64,000 nucleotides of DNA, taken from the human T2T-CHM13v2.0 reference genome, Homo sapiens. Below the pieces are notes generated by a model. The model ran no database searches and had not been told where the DNA came from. It was given only the letters and a program-made list of their open reading frames with translations. The stretch lies in assembly GCF_009914755.1 (NCBI RefSeq), contig NC_060944.1. The stretch is one strand, 5' to 3'. The position numbers were made by a program, and so were the translations under genes. Shown one piece after another: positions 12,300-23,259 of the stretch (position 1 is the stretch's first letter; each line of letters opens with the position of its first letter).

Positions 12300-15200
12300 C
12301 TAGATCATGGTATCAACCTCCTTTTGTGCTTGTGACTTGTAAGAAACAGGTTTAATCAGAGATAAATGCACCTAACCAGTTAATCTCTGAAGTTGAATAG
12401 AAGTGGGGGTACTTAACAACACCTCATAGAGGCTGTATTAGTCTGTTCTCACATTGTTATAAAGAAATAACAGAGACTGAGTAATTTATAAGTAAAAGAG
12501 GTTTAATTGGCTCACGGTTCTGCAGGCTGTACAGAAAGCATGGCAACACCTGCTTCTAGGGAGGCCTGAGGGAGTTTTTTGCCTCATGGCAGAAGGCAAA
12601 GCGAAAGTAGGCATCTTACATGGCAGGAGCAGGACTGAGGGTGGGGGGAGGTGGCACACACTTTTAAACAACCAGATCTCATGATAACTCACTCACAATC
12701 ACAACAGGACCAAGGAGATGGTGGTAATCCATTCATGAGAAATCCACTCCCATAATCCAATCACCTCCCACCAGGCCCCACCTCCAATACTGGGGATTAC
12801 AATTTGACATGAAATTTGGGTGGGGGCACAGATCCAAAACATTTCAGAAGCCCTTTCATTTTGTTGTAATTGATCCTCGGGGATCTTTCTTTCCTGGTTG
12901 AATGGGGGAATTAATTCTTTCTCTTACGGGAGAAGGCAGTGCTACATTTTCATATTCTCAAAGGGCATTTTGAACCTGGCCTAAATTGATAATATGAGTG
13001 AGCATTCTATGTGTCTCTTCATCAAACAGAAGGTCTAAAGTTAAAAAAGGGTCTTCCACAAGTCATTTCAAATGAACTAAGCTTTAAGGTTCCTCTTCGA
13101 TCTATCCTTACATATAAAAGAGATATGGGTAGGAGTGAAACCCAGGCCCCTGAGGTCTCCTGACAGAGTTTTGCTAATGTCCTTTTAAAAACATGATTAG
13201 CTTTTTCTACCTTACCTGACGATTGAGGTCTCCAGCAGGAGTGAAGATGATAGGTAATACCTAAGGTGGAAGAAACTTGCTGGGTCAACTTAGCTGTGAA
13301 GTACCATCTGTTATCACTTTGCAAAATTTTGGTAATCCAAACATTGGAATGATCTCTTTAAGGAAGAATTTAGACACTTCAACACCTTTTCTGTTCTTTG
13401 TGGAAAAGCTTCTATCAACCTGGTGAAAGGGTCTATAAACACCAGCTAATATTTTAGTTCTATGTAAGGTGGTATCTGAGTGAAATCTATTTGCCAGTCT
13501 TCCCCAGGGTTTATTCTTCAGTGTTGCACAGATTTAAGTGGGGGTGAGGGTATGGGGTGGCATCCAGGGTCATTACAATCACAGAATTCACAGACCTTAG
13601 TGATACTTTTTTTAGTCTGGAGTAGTCCCTTCCCCAGGAATATTTGGGAAATCAATTTCAATAGGGAGTCTCATCCCAAAAGTGAGGAGTCATGGAAATG
13701 CTTAATAATTTTCCATTGCTCATGTGCAGAAAAAGACAGTTTGTTGCTTTCTAGGGACCATCCTGAGGAGTGCTTTTGTAAACCTTTCTGTTCTTCCCAT
13801 TTAATTTTCTTGGGAGTATATTATGGTGCCACTGACATGGGTGGAATACCTGGTATTAGTGAAACGGCCTGTAATACTGGTGTTTCTTTAGCTGTGGCCT
13901 TGGCTGCTCTGTCTGCCAGAGAATTTCCTCTGATAATAGAGGTGTCTCCCTTTTGCTGTCCCCTGCAGTGAATAACTTCTATCTCCTTTAGGAGCTGGAC
14001 AGCACCTAAATGTTCCAAGATCTCTGAGTGATGTTGTATGAGGGATCCTTTAGCTGCTAATAATCCCCCCTGTTTTTCATATGGCGGCATGAGAATGGAA
14101 CACCAGGAGGCCGTATTTGGAATCAGTAAATATATTCACCCTTAAGTCTCTTCCCAACCAGAGTACCCTAATTAGAGCAATTAATTCTGAGAGTTAAATT
14201 AAGTCTGAGACCTCAATGACTTCTTGTTGGATAACCATAGCGTAACCTGCCTCTCTTACTCCCTCATTAATAAAACCACTTCCATCTGTAAACCACCCAA
14301 CATCAGGCTTAGGTAGGGACTCATCTTGGAGGTGAGGCTGCTGGAGTAGTTTTGTTCTACAGTTTCCATACAGGAGTGAATGAGTTGGAGATCTATTTCC
14401 TGGGATGTGAAGTCCAACAACAGGAACACAGGGTTTAAAACTTGACATGCTTTAAGAGTAACATCTGGGGTGTCAAGCAGAAGGGCCTGATATTTAAGTA
14501 CCCAGCCCCCTTTTAGTCATTGGTATCCTTTTGCCCCCAGGACCCCCTATACTTGGTGGAGAGTCATGATGTCTAATTGTTGTCCCAAGGGAAGCTTACT
14601 GGCTTCTTTTACTAATGGTGGCAGCCACAGCTTGCAAGCATCTGGCCACCCAGCTGCCATCTGTTCCAGCTGTTTAGAAAAGTAATTCACTGGTCTAGAA
14701 TTATTCTAGAGCCTTTGAGTTAGAATAACCAATGACATCCCCTGTTCATTATCCACATAGAGAGTAAAGGGTTTTTCTAAGTTTGGGAGTCTCAAAGCAG
14801 AGAATATTCTCAGCTTTTATTCTAGAGTTAAAAATGCCTATTGGCAGGATTTGTCCCAATTCAAAGGCTTGTGATCACTCCCTTTCAGGGCTGCACAGAA
14901 TGGAAGCCAAATCTGGCAGAATCTGGACATTTCCCAAAAGGCTTTTAACTGTTTCTTAGTCTGAGGGTGCTGGAGTGCCAGGATGGCCTCTTTTTGCTCC
15001 TAGGCCAAGGTGCTTGTCCCAGAAGTGAGCACATACCCTAAATTCTTGACCCTTTGGACATAAATGTGGGGATTGTCAGGAGTTAACTGATACACTCATT
15101 TTCTTAGAAAATTAAAGATCTAGATTATGTTCCTGTCAGACTCTTCCATAGTAGGGCTGGAAATTAATAGGTTATCCACATATTACAAGAGATATCAATT

Positions 15201-16150
15201 TGTTAACTGTAGTTCCCTCAATTCTTTTTCCAATGCATTGCCAAAGAGATGGTGACTGTCCTTCCCTAAACTCTAGGAAGGATGTATAGCCAAGCTGAGA
15301 TGCAACATTGGTGTCTGGATCAGTCCATTCAAAAGGAAAAATATACTGGAAGCCTGGATGAAAAGGCATACAAAAGAAAGCATCCTTTATGTCTTTATGT
15401 TTAATATCATGAACCAATGAGCATCTTCAGGAACTTGGGTCAATTTCATGTAAGGATTAGAAACTATTGAGTGGACTGGGACTACTTTCTCATTAACTGC
15501 CCTCAGATCCTAAAGAAATCTATATTCCCCATTTGGTTTCTTTACAGGCAAAATGGGGGTATTATGTGGGGACTGACAGGATTGATTGTAGTAATCCTTA
15601 CCTTAGGACCATTCTTATCAAGGGCTGGATGCCCCCTTTAAGCCTCAGTTCTCAAAGGATATTGTTTATTCCATGGATACTTAACACTCGGTTTCAAAAT
15701 AACCTGAATCAGGGGTACATTAACAGCTCTACCAGAAACTTCCATGTCCTGAACAAATGGATCTACTTGAGAAGCAATAGGTGGTGGAAGAGAGGTCTTT
15801 TCCTTATCGTGTTAAGGCATGTATTTAGAGCTAGGAGAAATATCCCTTCCTGATCTGTTGCCTTCTTATGAGGCTTTCCAAATTGAAATGTGACCTGTAA
15901 TTGGGAAAGTAAGTCTCTTCCCAGTAAAGAAACAGGACATTTAGATATAAGCAAAAACCTATGGGAAAATGTATGGTCCCTCTGTGTGACCAAGGGGGTT
16001 AGTGAATCTTCTAATTTTTGGCTGGTCATCAGTCCCCCTTATGGTACATAAGTGGAAGATAATGGCCCTGAGAAATGGGTTGGAACTGAGTAGGCTGATC
16101 CTGTATCCAATAAGAACTCAGTATTTTTTACCTGCCATATCAAGGGTTAC
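12300..16150 (-). pseudogene. Decayed retroviral pro-pol (protease, RT, RNase H, integrase)
   Basis: PR FLLDTGSAYS (~16100); RT DIKDAFFC and YVDN (15171-15182); RNase H WFTDGS, IFTDSKY, GNSLADRAAK; IN WQIDFT, QSDN, PQSSGKVEKAN, and GPY motif split by MST. Confidence 0.92.
12434..12846 (-). mobile_element. MST-type (MSTA/B) MaLR solo LTR inserted in the integrase C-terminus
   Basis: tgtattagtctgttctcacattgttataaag...cagatccaaaacatttca; 5-bp TSD gaggc/gaagc. Confidence 0.9.
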
Positions 16151-16236
16151 CTGAGGTTCCTCTGTTGAGAAGGTAAGGTGTCTAGTGTAAGCCATAGAAG
16201 ACCTCCACCCCTATGAATCCACTATTCTCTTGGCCC

Positions 16237-17749
16237 TTATGGGTCTGAGTGGCTCAGGCTCCCTTTTAATCCTGGGGCATCCATTCTACAGTGGCCGTCT
16301 TGCTTCTGGAAAGCACACTGATTTTGGCCCAGGGGCCAGTGAGTCAGCGGCTCTTGTGTGGGCGCCCTAGATGCAGATCTTACAATATTTTCTTGGGATA
16401 GGTAAACCTGAGGCAGCAAGAGACTTAAAGCAGTCATTAACAGTTGTACTATTAGGCCAATTATTTTCATTTTCACCTCTTCCTGTGCCCTGTTCCTATT
16501 GTTATAAATGCTAAAGGCCATGTTTAAGAGTTGGCTCATGGGGATTTGGGGTCTCATTGCTTCGTTTTGTAACATCCTCCCATTGTCAGGGGCAAACTGA
16601 GTAATAAAATGCATACCCAGGAAAGCCTGTCTTTCCAAGAAGTCTGAGTCTGCATTAGTGTATATCTTGAGTGCCTCAACCATGTAGCCCTGAAACAGAG
16701 AGAAATTTTCATCTTTCCCTGAGTTGCTTCTCTAATTTTGTCATAATTAACTGGCTTAACCACACACTTTTTAATCTCTTCTATTAAAAAAGTAAACATG
16801 TTATTTCTGCATTCTAGATGTTGAGAACCCCTCTGGTAATCCCATTGAGGGTCTAGGTCTGGAACTGCATCTCCTCCCCCATGATAAGTGGCACGGCCTT
16901 GGAAATAAGTGGTCCCTTCATCTGTATGCTCATTGGCAGTACCTAGAATCCTTTGCTTTTCCTCTTTGGTACAGCAAGTTGATAATAACATATTTGCGTG
17001 TCATGCCAAGTTAAATCAAAAGACATGGTCAACTTAACAAACCACTCTATGAACTTCCCTGAATCCTCTGAAAACTAGCTAAAGTTTCCCTTGTATAAAG
17101 TCAAATAAATCATGGAAAATAGCACAGATACTCTGATTGTTCCCCCATCTCCATCAACTACCCTCTCACAATGGACACAAGTTTGATTTTAGGGGCTGAT
17201 ATGGGGCCCCGTTCCTGGTCATACCAGTTGGGCTTGCTTCCTTGTGCATTGCAGGGTATAATAGGGCTTGTTGGATAAGGGGGAGGGGTGCCTGATGCAC
17301 TAGAGAACCGACAGGGTCCCCATCGGAACTGGAAAACTGAGGAGGCTCTAAGCAGGGTGTCATAGGCCTTCTTGGGGGAGTACTTCAGAGGGTGTCATCT
17401 AGAATATCTGGTGCAGCTTCTTGGTGCCTAGGAAGATCATGAGACAGACACATTCTGCAACTGTCTTTTAGGTCAGAATCATGGTTGAGTGCCATAAAAA
17501 CCTTCACATAAGGAACTTCTCGCCATTTTTCTTTCTTTTTACAAAACAAGTCCAATTACAAAATAGTATTATAGCATAAAGAACCCTGTCAAGGCCAAAT
17601 CTGTTGGTTCTTTGATTTATATTGGACACAATCAGTGTTGCAATAAAAAAGGAGTTTTTCCTCTTTAAACTGTCTAATTTAAATTTACTCCAGTTACTTA
17701 AAAGATATCCTAGTGGCGAGTCCTCTGGGATGCTCACTGTCATCTCCAT
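16237..17749 (-). pseudogene. Decayed retroviral gag
   Basis: MA start MEMTVSIPEDSPLGYLLSNW; CA AVPDLDPQWDY and MHR VNYDKIREATQG; degenerate zinc knuckle CAFQKQDGHC; frameshifted. Confidence 0.9.
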
Positions 17750-19177
17750 GTCTAATAAGGATCTCTATAGGAGTTGTTCGTTTGCCTAAGTCCAGCAAAA
17801 GCCTAGTTACTTTTCTCTTTTAAATTCCCACATCCTGCAAAACAGGTGTAAATATAAGCAGCAAAGCATTACAAAAGTGGATTATGAGCTGTATGAATGG
17901 GTAGCAGAATGATGAGCCTGAATTCCAGAAAAAGTGAAGAAAGTCTCTTAGTTTAGGCAGAGAGGGGCTAAAAGAAGCAGAAGGTGATTGTGGAAGGGAG
18001 GAAGGGAATAGGTAAGCAGCATGCTCAAAGGGAGACCTCAGAGGCCCTGACTCACAGATAATCTACCCAGTAGAAAAGACACTAAAAAAAATGCTCAGGC
18101 GGCCACTTGTCTTTGTGTGTAGTCATCCATTAGCCCAGGGGTGCAGGAACTCCCAGTCCCCTTGACCAAGATAAGGTTGAACAAGGCAGTTTTTGGAATG
18201 AAAGGAAGATAGCACACTGGGAGGAGCCCACAACTGGCTGCTATGGAAAATGACTATTTCTAACTTACAGAGCAGAAAGGGCAAGACCAAGTTCCCCAAG
18301 GGGGAGGGGCTATAACCCACAATCTTAGAGGTAATGTCAATGCCAAAAACCTCAGGATATCTGGATCAGCCAGCAGTACCAAGGCGGAAAAACCTGGAGT
18401 ACCCAAGTATTGGCCAATGAGGATTTCCTCACCAAATGCAAAAAACTCTGGGGCATCTGTGGGGTTGCCAACAATGAACCCCAAGGCCAAGTTGGGGTCA
18501 CAGAACAGTGTGACTCTGGTGTCCCAGGAGCAACACAATGGATGACTTCTTACAACCAAATGTCCTGCCTTAAACAATTGCCCAAATATAGCTAACAGGG
18601 AGTCAAAGCTAAAAAAACCACATACATTTCAGAACGCAAAATAAAATGGCTGACGAGCAATAAAATGGAATTAGTGGGGAAAGAACCAAGAAAGAGATGT
18701 ACTTTGTGGCACCCAAAAAAGGGGTATTTTAAACTGGCCACCTAGCCAGAGGGTATATTCCCTGGCTCACTGGAATAAACAGGAGGGAGGGGCAGAGGGG
18801 ACACTCCTTCATCCACAGGAGCCATAATGGCATCGAATGAGGTTTTCCATGTGGGACCCAGGTGAGAGTCTTCTCGGACTCCCCTGGCTTGGGTGGGCTC
18901 AGCTGCTTTGGCGGACTGATGTGGAGGCCTGCAGCCTTTTGGTGAGAGCGCAAGGATCTCACATGAGGCAGCAGTACTATAGCCACTCGCCCATGTGCTC
19001 GGCTCCACTGCCTGCCAGAAAAGATAGTTTCCCTGAAAGAGCTTTTGGTTAATGTGACAGCCTCTGCAGCATTAGCAGCTATTTGAAGTTACAGCCCTAA
19101 TGTGACAGCTCTTGTAGCTTTGATCACCAGTTGCCTCACTGTCTCTTGCCGTCTCTCTTGCCACCATCTTCTCTTCT

Positions 19178-19195
19178 CTCCTGACTAGCTCACCA
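19178..19195 (-). other. Primer-binding site complementary to tRNA-Arg
   Basis: Minus-strand TGGTGAGCTAGTCAGGAG versus TGGCGAGCCAGCCAGGAG (complement of the tRNA-Arg 3' end), three C>T differences, directly after the 5' LTR. Confidence 0.8.
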
Positions 19196-19196
19196 A

Positions 19197-19642
19197 TGAT
19201 GCAGGGCAAGTTCTTGACTTCACTGAGGAAGAAGTTCAAGAGTGAGTCCGGTGGTGGTAGAAAGCAGCTTTATTGAGGTAATGGCAATGTCACAGCTCTG
19301 TGACTGCTCCTGCAGAGCAGGGCTGGCCCATATTCAGTGTACCAAGAGTAGCAGCCTATGCGCGGTTTGCTGTAACTTTTATACCCACTTTTAATGACAT
19401 GCTAACTAATGTGCAGGTTATTCAGAAATAGCTAGAAAATGAACGGTAACTTCCAGGTGTTACCATGGCAAGGGGCAGTGACTTCTAGGTGTTGTCATGG
19501 CATTAGTAAACTCCTGGCACCAGGGGGAGTGCCTTACGGTGATGGACAGCCAGAGCAACCCGAGGTATTCTTGGCACCTCTTCTCAGTTTTGTTGTGTCT
19601 TCAGTCTGGTCTGGAGATGAGTTCTGCCTGTCTCCTAACGCG
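19197..19642 (-). repeat. 5' LTR of the provirus (MER66-like)
   Basis: Direct repeat of 9921-10365; TATAAA at 19378-19383 and AATAAA at 19269-19274 on the minus strand. Confidence 0.9.
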
Positions 19643-20192
19643 TAGCATTTGGCAATAATGTGGAAGACAAAAGTAAAAGTACCTAATCAACTTGTGAATC
19701 CTGCTAATAAGATTTCTAGCAGAATGTTGGAAAATGGCCAGTTAGCTTCTTTTAGCTACATATGATAAAATACAGGAAATACGAGATGAAGTAAAAAAGG
19801 GAGTTGTTTAGATTTTAATCAGAATTAGAGGAAGCATACAGAGCTCTGGGCAGTCTCTCCAGATGGCAAAGCATCCTCCAATAGACTCAGGGTAAAGATC
19901 CAATCAAGAATTTAGCTCTAATACCCATTCTTAAGAGCTCAGAAAGATTTGAAGTGGTGCATAGTCAACCCTCTCAGTTAGACAAAATGGTTATAGAAAA
20001 CCTCAAGGAATTTATCACTTAAAATCATGATATTTGTAAAACAGAGAAATTATTTCAAAAAAATGCCTGTTATTTGGGGCCTTAAATGAACCCCAACAAG
20101 ATTTCTCCCCCCAAAAAAATTCCCAAAGTTATTAAGTAGCTTAGAAGATTGAGCCAAAAGTGTTGGCAATTCAATAATAATAATATATATAT

Positions 20193-20482
20193 ATTTCAAG
20201 ACAGAGTCTTGCTCTGTCACCCATGTTGGGGTGCAGTGGCGCTACCGTAGCTCACTGCAGCCTCAACCTCCCAGGCTCAAGCGATACTCTGACCTCAGCC
20301 TCCAGAGTAGCTGAGACTAAAGGCACACACCATCATGGCCAGATAATTAAAAAAATAAAAATTGCAGAGACAGGGTTTTGCCATTTTGAACAAGCTGGTC
20401 TTGAATCCCTGGGCTCAAGTGATTCTCCCACCTCAGCCTCCCAAAGTGCTGGGATTACAGGAATAAGCCACCATGCCCGATC
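20193..20482 (-). mobile_element. AluJ
   Basis: gctcactgcagcctcaacctcccaggctcaagcgat and gggctcaagtgatt are J-type diagnostics; (AAT/AT)n degenerate tail. Confidence 0.92.
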
Positions 20483-20747
20483 ATTAATAATATTTGGCAA
20501 CCCCACCCAAGGTACAGAATTGGGCCCTAATCGTAGAATATTTCCTGACCTTAGAGCACGTAAAATTAGTAGCATGTGCCTAGTGGATTTCAAATTTGTT
20601 AATGATTAATTACTACTGCTTATTTTTCATTATTTCTCATTTTAAATGAGAATGTGTATTTGTCTACTACTTTGTCTTGCTACTTTGTCTTGTTTCACCA
20701 CTATATTGGAGGTGAAAAACAAAGAAAACTTTTAACAGGTCTGGACC

Positions 20748-21063
20748 AGTCAGGTACGGTGGCTCACGCCTATAATCCCAGCACTTTGAGAGGCCGAAGC
20801 AGGAAGATAACCTGAGGTCAGGAGTTCAAGACTAGCCTGGCCAACACGGTGAAATCTTGTCTCTACTAAATATACAAAAATTAGCTAGGAGTGGTGGTGG
20901 GCTCCTGTAATCCCAGCTACTCAGGAGGTTGAGGCAGGAGAATTGCTTGAACCTGGGAGGCGGAAGTTGCAGTGAGCCAAAATTGCACCACTGCCCTCCA
21001 GCCTGGGCGACCGAATAAGACTCTGTCTCAAACAAAACAAACAAGCAAACAAAAAACCCCAAC
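20748..21063 (+). mobile_element. AluSx-like
   Basis: Full dimer with acctgaggtcaggagttc; degenerate TSD aacttttaacag/aacttctaacag. Confidence 0.95.
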
Positions 21064-22140
21064 AACTTCTAACAGCTCTCTGGATCAAGAGGAGCAGCAC
21101 CTAAGGAAAATTCATTATATCTGTTCTTAGATGACATTCTGAACTTTGAGGCTGAGCCTGATTTTTTGATACAGATGAGACGATTGGAAGTCCTGTGTAT
21201 GAGTGTATTTTTCATGTGGGAGGAATATGAATCATTTTGGGCCAGAGTGACCAATGCAATAGACTGTTTAATGGCCATAAATTCTTCCTGTTTCAGTTCC
21301 ATGCCTATTTCCAATGTTACCTTGCCACCATTCTCACATCTAGAAGTTGTCTCTCTGTCCATTACCTTAACTTGGAATTTGGTCGTGTAGCATGATTTTG
21401 CCAATAAGATATTGGTAAATTTGGCACAGACACAAGGTTTTGCTCATTAGGGCTTGCCCTCATGCACACCAGCTATAACAAAGAATATGCTGTTTATTGG
21501 TGAAGACATATGAGGAAGAGGCCCTTGGGCAAAGAGGGACCCCCTGGAGGAAGACTAAGAAACTCTAGCTGATAGCCACCATTAAATGGCAGACCTTAGA
21601 GTGATAACCAAACTCTCTGCTGAATGTAGACCACAAGCAGCCCCAGAAGATACTTTGTGAGGTAAGGTAATTTCCCAGTTTTACTCATCCAACTCAGTAT
21701 CTTGAGAAGTATGCATTTTTATTACTGCTTGTCACTAATTTTGGGTTTGTGTGTTGCACAGCAATACATACAGATATGCATACCATTCTTTGAACTTAAG
21801 AAGGTTCAATATCACTAAATGATAATCTTCATTTGCAAATTGAGTTAAATTCAAAGCGGTCTTCCAAAGGGATTTTTGGCACTCAAGAAAATTATTCTAA
21901 AGTTTATCTGAAATAATAGTCCTGGGAATGGCCATATGTAAGAAATAATAACTTAAAAGTATATTGCATAATGTTGTTCTCAAGTTCTTTCTAATAATAT
22001 TTATGAAGCCATATTTATATACTAAAAGTATAGAATTTAAGCATATTGAATGTGAAATACTTTTAGATTTCAAAAATGAATTATAAATTACATTAAACAT
22101 TAAATTATTCATTTAACAAATGTATTGAATAACTTATAAA

Positions 22141-22673
22141 TATTTTTCTTTTATTATAACTTTATTAAGGTATACTCAACCAATAAAAATTGTAGCTATT
22201 TAAGGTGTTCAACTTGATGTTTTGATATATGTACACATTATGAAATAATTACCACAATCAAGCTAATTGGCATATCCATCACCTTGCATAGTTACTACAT
22301 ATGGTGAGAACACTTAAGACTAACATTGTTAGCAAATTTCAAGTACACAATACAGTATTATTAACTGTGATCACCATAGTGTACATTAGGTTTCCAGAAC
22401 TTTGTCATCCTGCATGAATGAACATTGTACCCTTTGAGCAATATCCCTCCATTTTCCCTACACTCCAGTCCCTGGCAACCACTATTCAGTTTTCTGCTTC
22501 AATGAGTTTGCCTTTTTAAGAATCCACATATAAGTGAAATCATGCAGTATTTGTCTTTCTGTATCTGGCCTGTTTCTCTTATCATAATGTCTTCTAGTTT
22601 CCTCTAGATTGTTGCAAATAGCAGGATGCCCTTTTTAAAGGCCAAATAGTATTCCATTGTGCGCGCATGCACG

Positions 22674-22717
<44 letters not shown>

Positions 22718-23100
22718 TACACACTGCATTTTCTTTATCCACTCATCAAAACCACAGTAAGGTATCAGTGTACCCCTGTCAGATAGGGGTACTTTTGTCT
22801 TTTAGCTGCTATCAAAAAGACAAAAGATAACAAGTTTTGGTGATAATGTAGAGAAAAGGGAACCCTTGTATACTATTGGTGGAAATGTAGATTGGTGCAG
22901 CCACTGCGGAAAATCGTATAAAATAGCAGCCACTGTTCAAAATAGGGTCCTCACAAAAATAAACATAGGGCTAGTATCCAGCAATCCCACTTCTGAGTGT
23001 ATACTCAAAAATGAAATCAGTATCTCCAAGAGATATTTGCATGCCCATGTGCATTGCAGCCTATTCACAATATCCAAGGTATGAAAACAACCTATGTGTC
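22141..23100 (-). mobile_element. L1MA 3' portion with inverted 5' segment (minus 22141-22747, plus 22748-23100); contains an alternating purine-pyrimidine/(CA)n tract at 22658-22711
   Basis: Antisense L1MA 3' UTR followed by sense ORF2 C-terminal sequence (atcaaaaccacagtaagg...aaacaacctatgtgtc). Confidence 0.8.
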
Positions 23101-23259
23101 AGTTGTAGTGCTGTCTTGACCCTATTCTGAGTCCCTCGCTAGAAGCTGGTTAATTCCACTTCTTTAGCAGCCGATTAGGTCCACACTCCACTAACATCCC
23201 TTATCAAGCTCTCAGGCTCTTAGCCCATTATGCACCAGCCCTTATTACCCTAGGGCCAG

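Larger units (their letters stand above)
9921..19642 (-). mobile_element. Near-complete decayed class I ERV provirus (MER66/ERV-V-like): LTR-PBS-gag-pro-pol-env-PPT-LTR
   Basis: Two ~445-bp direct-repeat LTRs, Arg PBS, PPT, and recognisable gag, PR, RT, RNase H, IN and env motifs, all on the minus strand; possible degenerate TSD taac/tagc. Confidence 0.93.
19643..21780 (+). mobile_element. MLT1 MaLR internal sequence (begins at ~9840-9920, split by the provirus) followed by an MLT1 LTR (~21255-21780)
   Basis: ctgttggagattggagaaagag...|...tgtggaagac...gatttctagcagaatgttgg...gcttctttagctacatatgataaaatac resembles MLT1-int; LTR-type end cacagcaatacatacagatatgca. Confidence 0.65.

Noticed and set aside
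13480-13971. 163-aa plus-strand ORF
   Set aside because: Antisense shadow of the pol integrase/RNase H region with no recognisable domain
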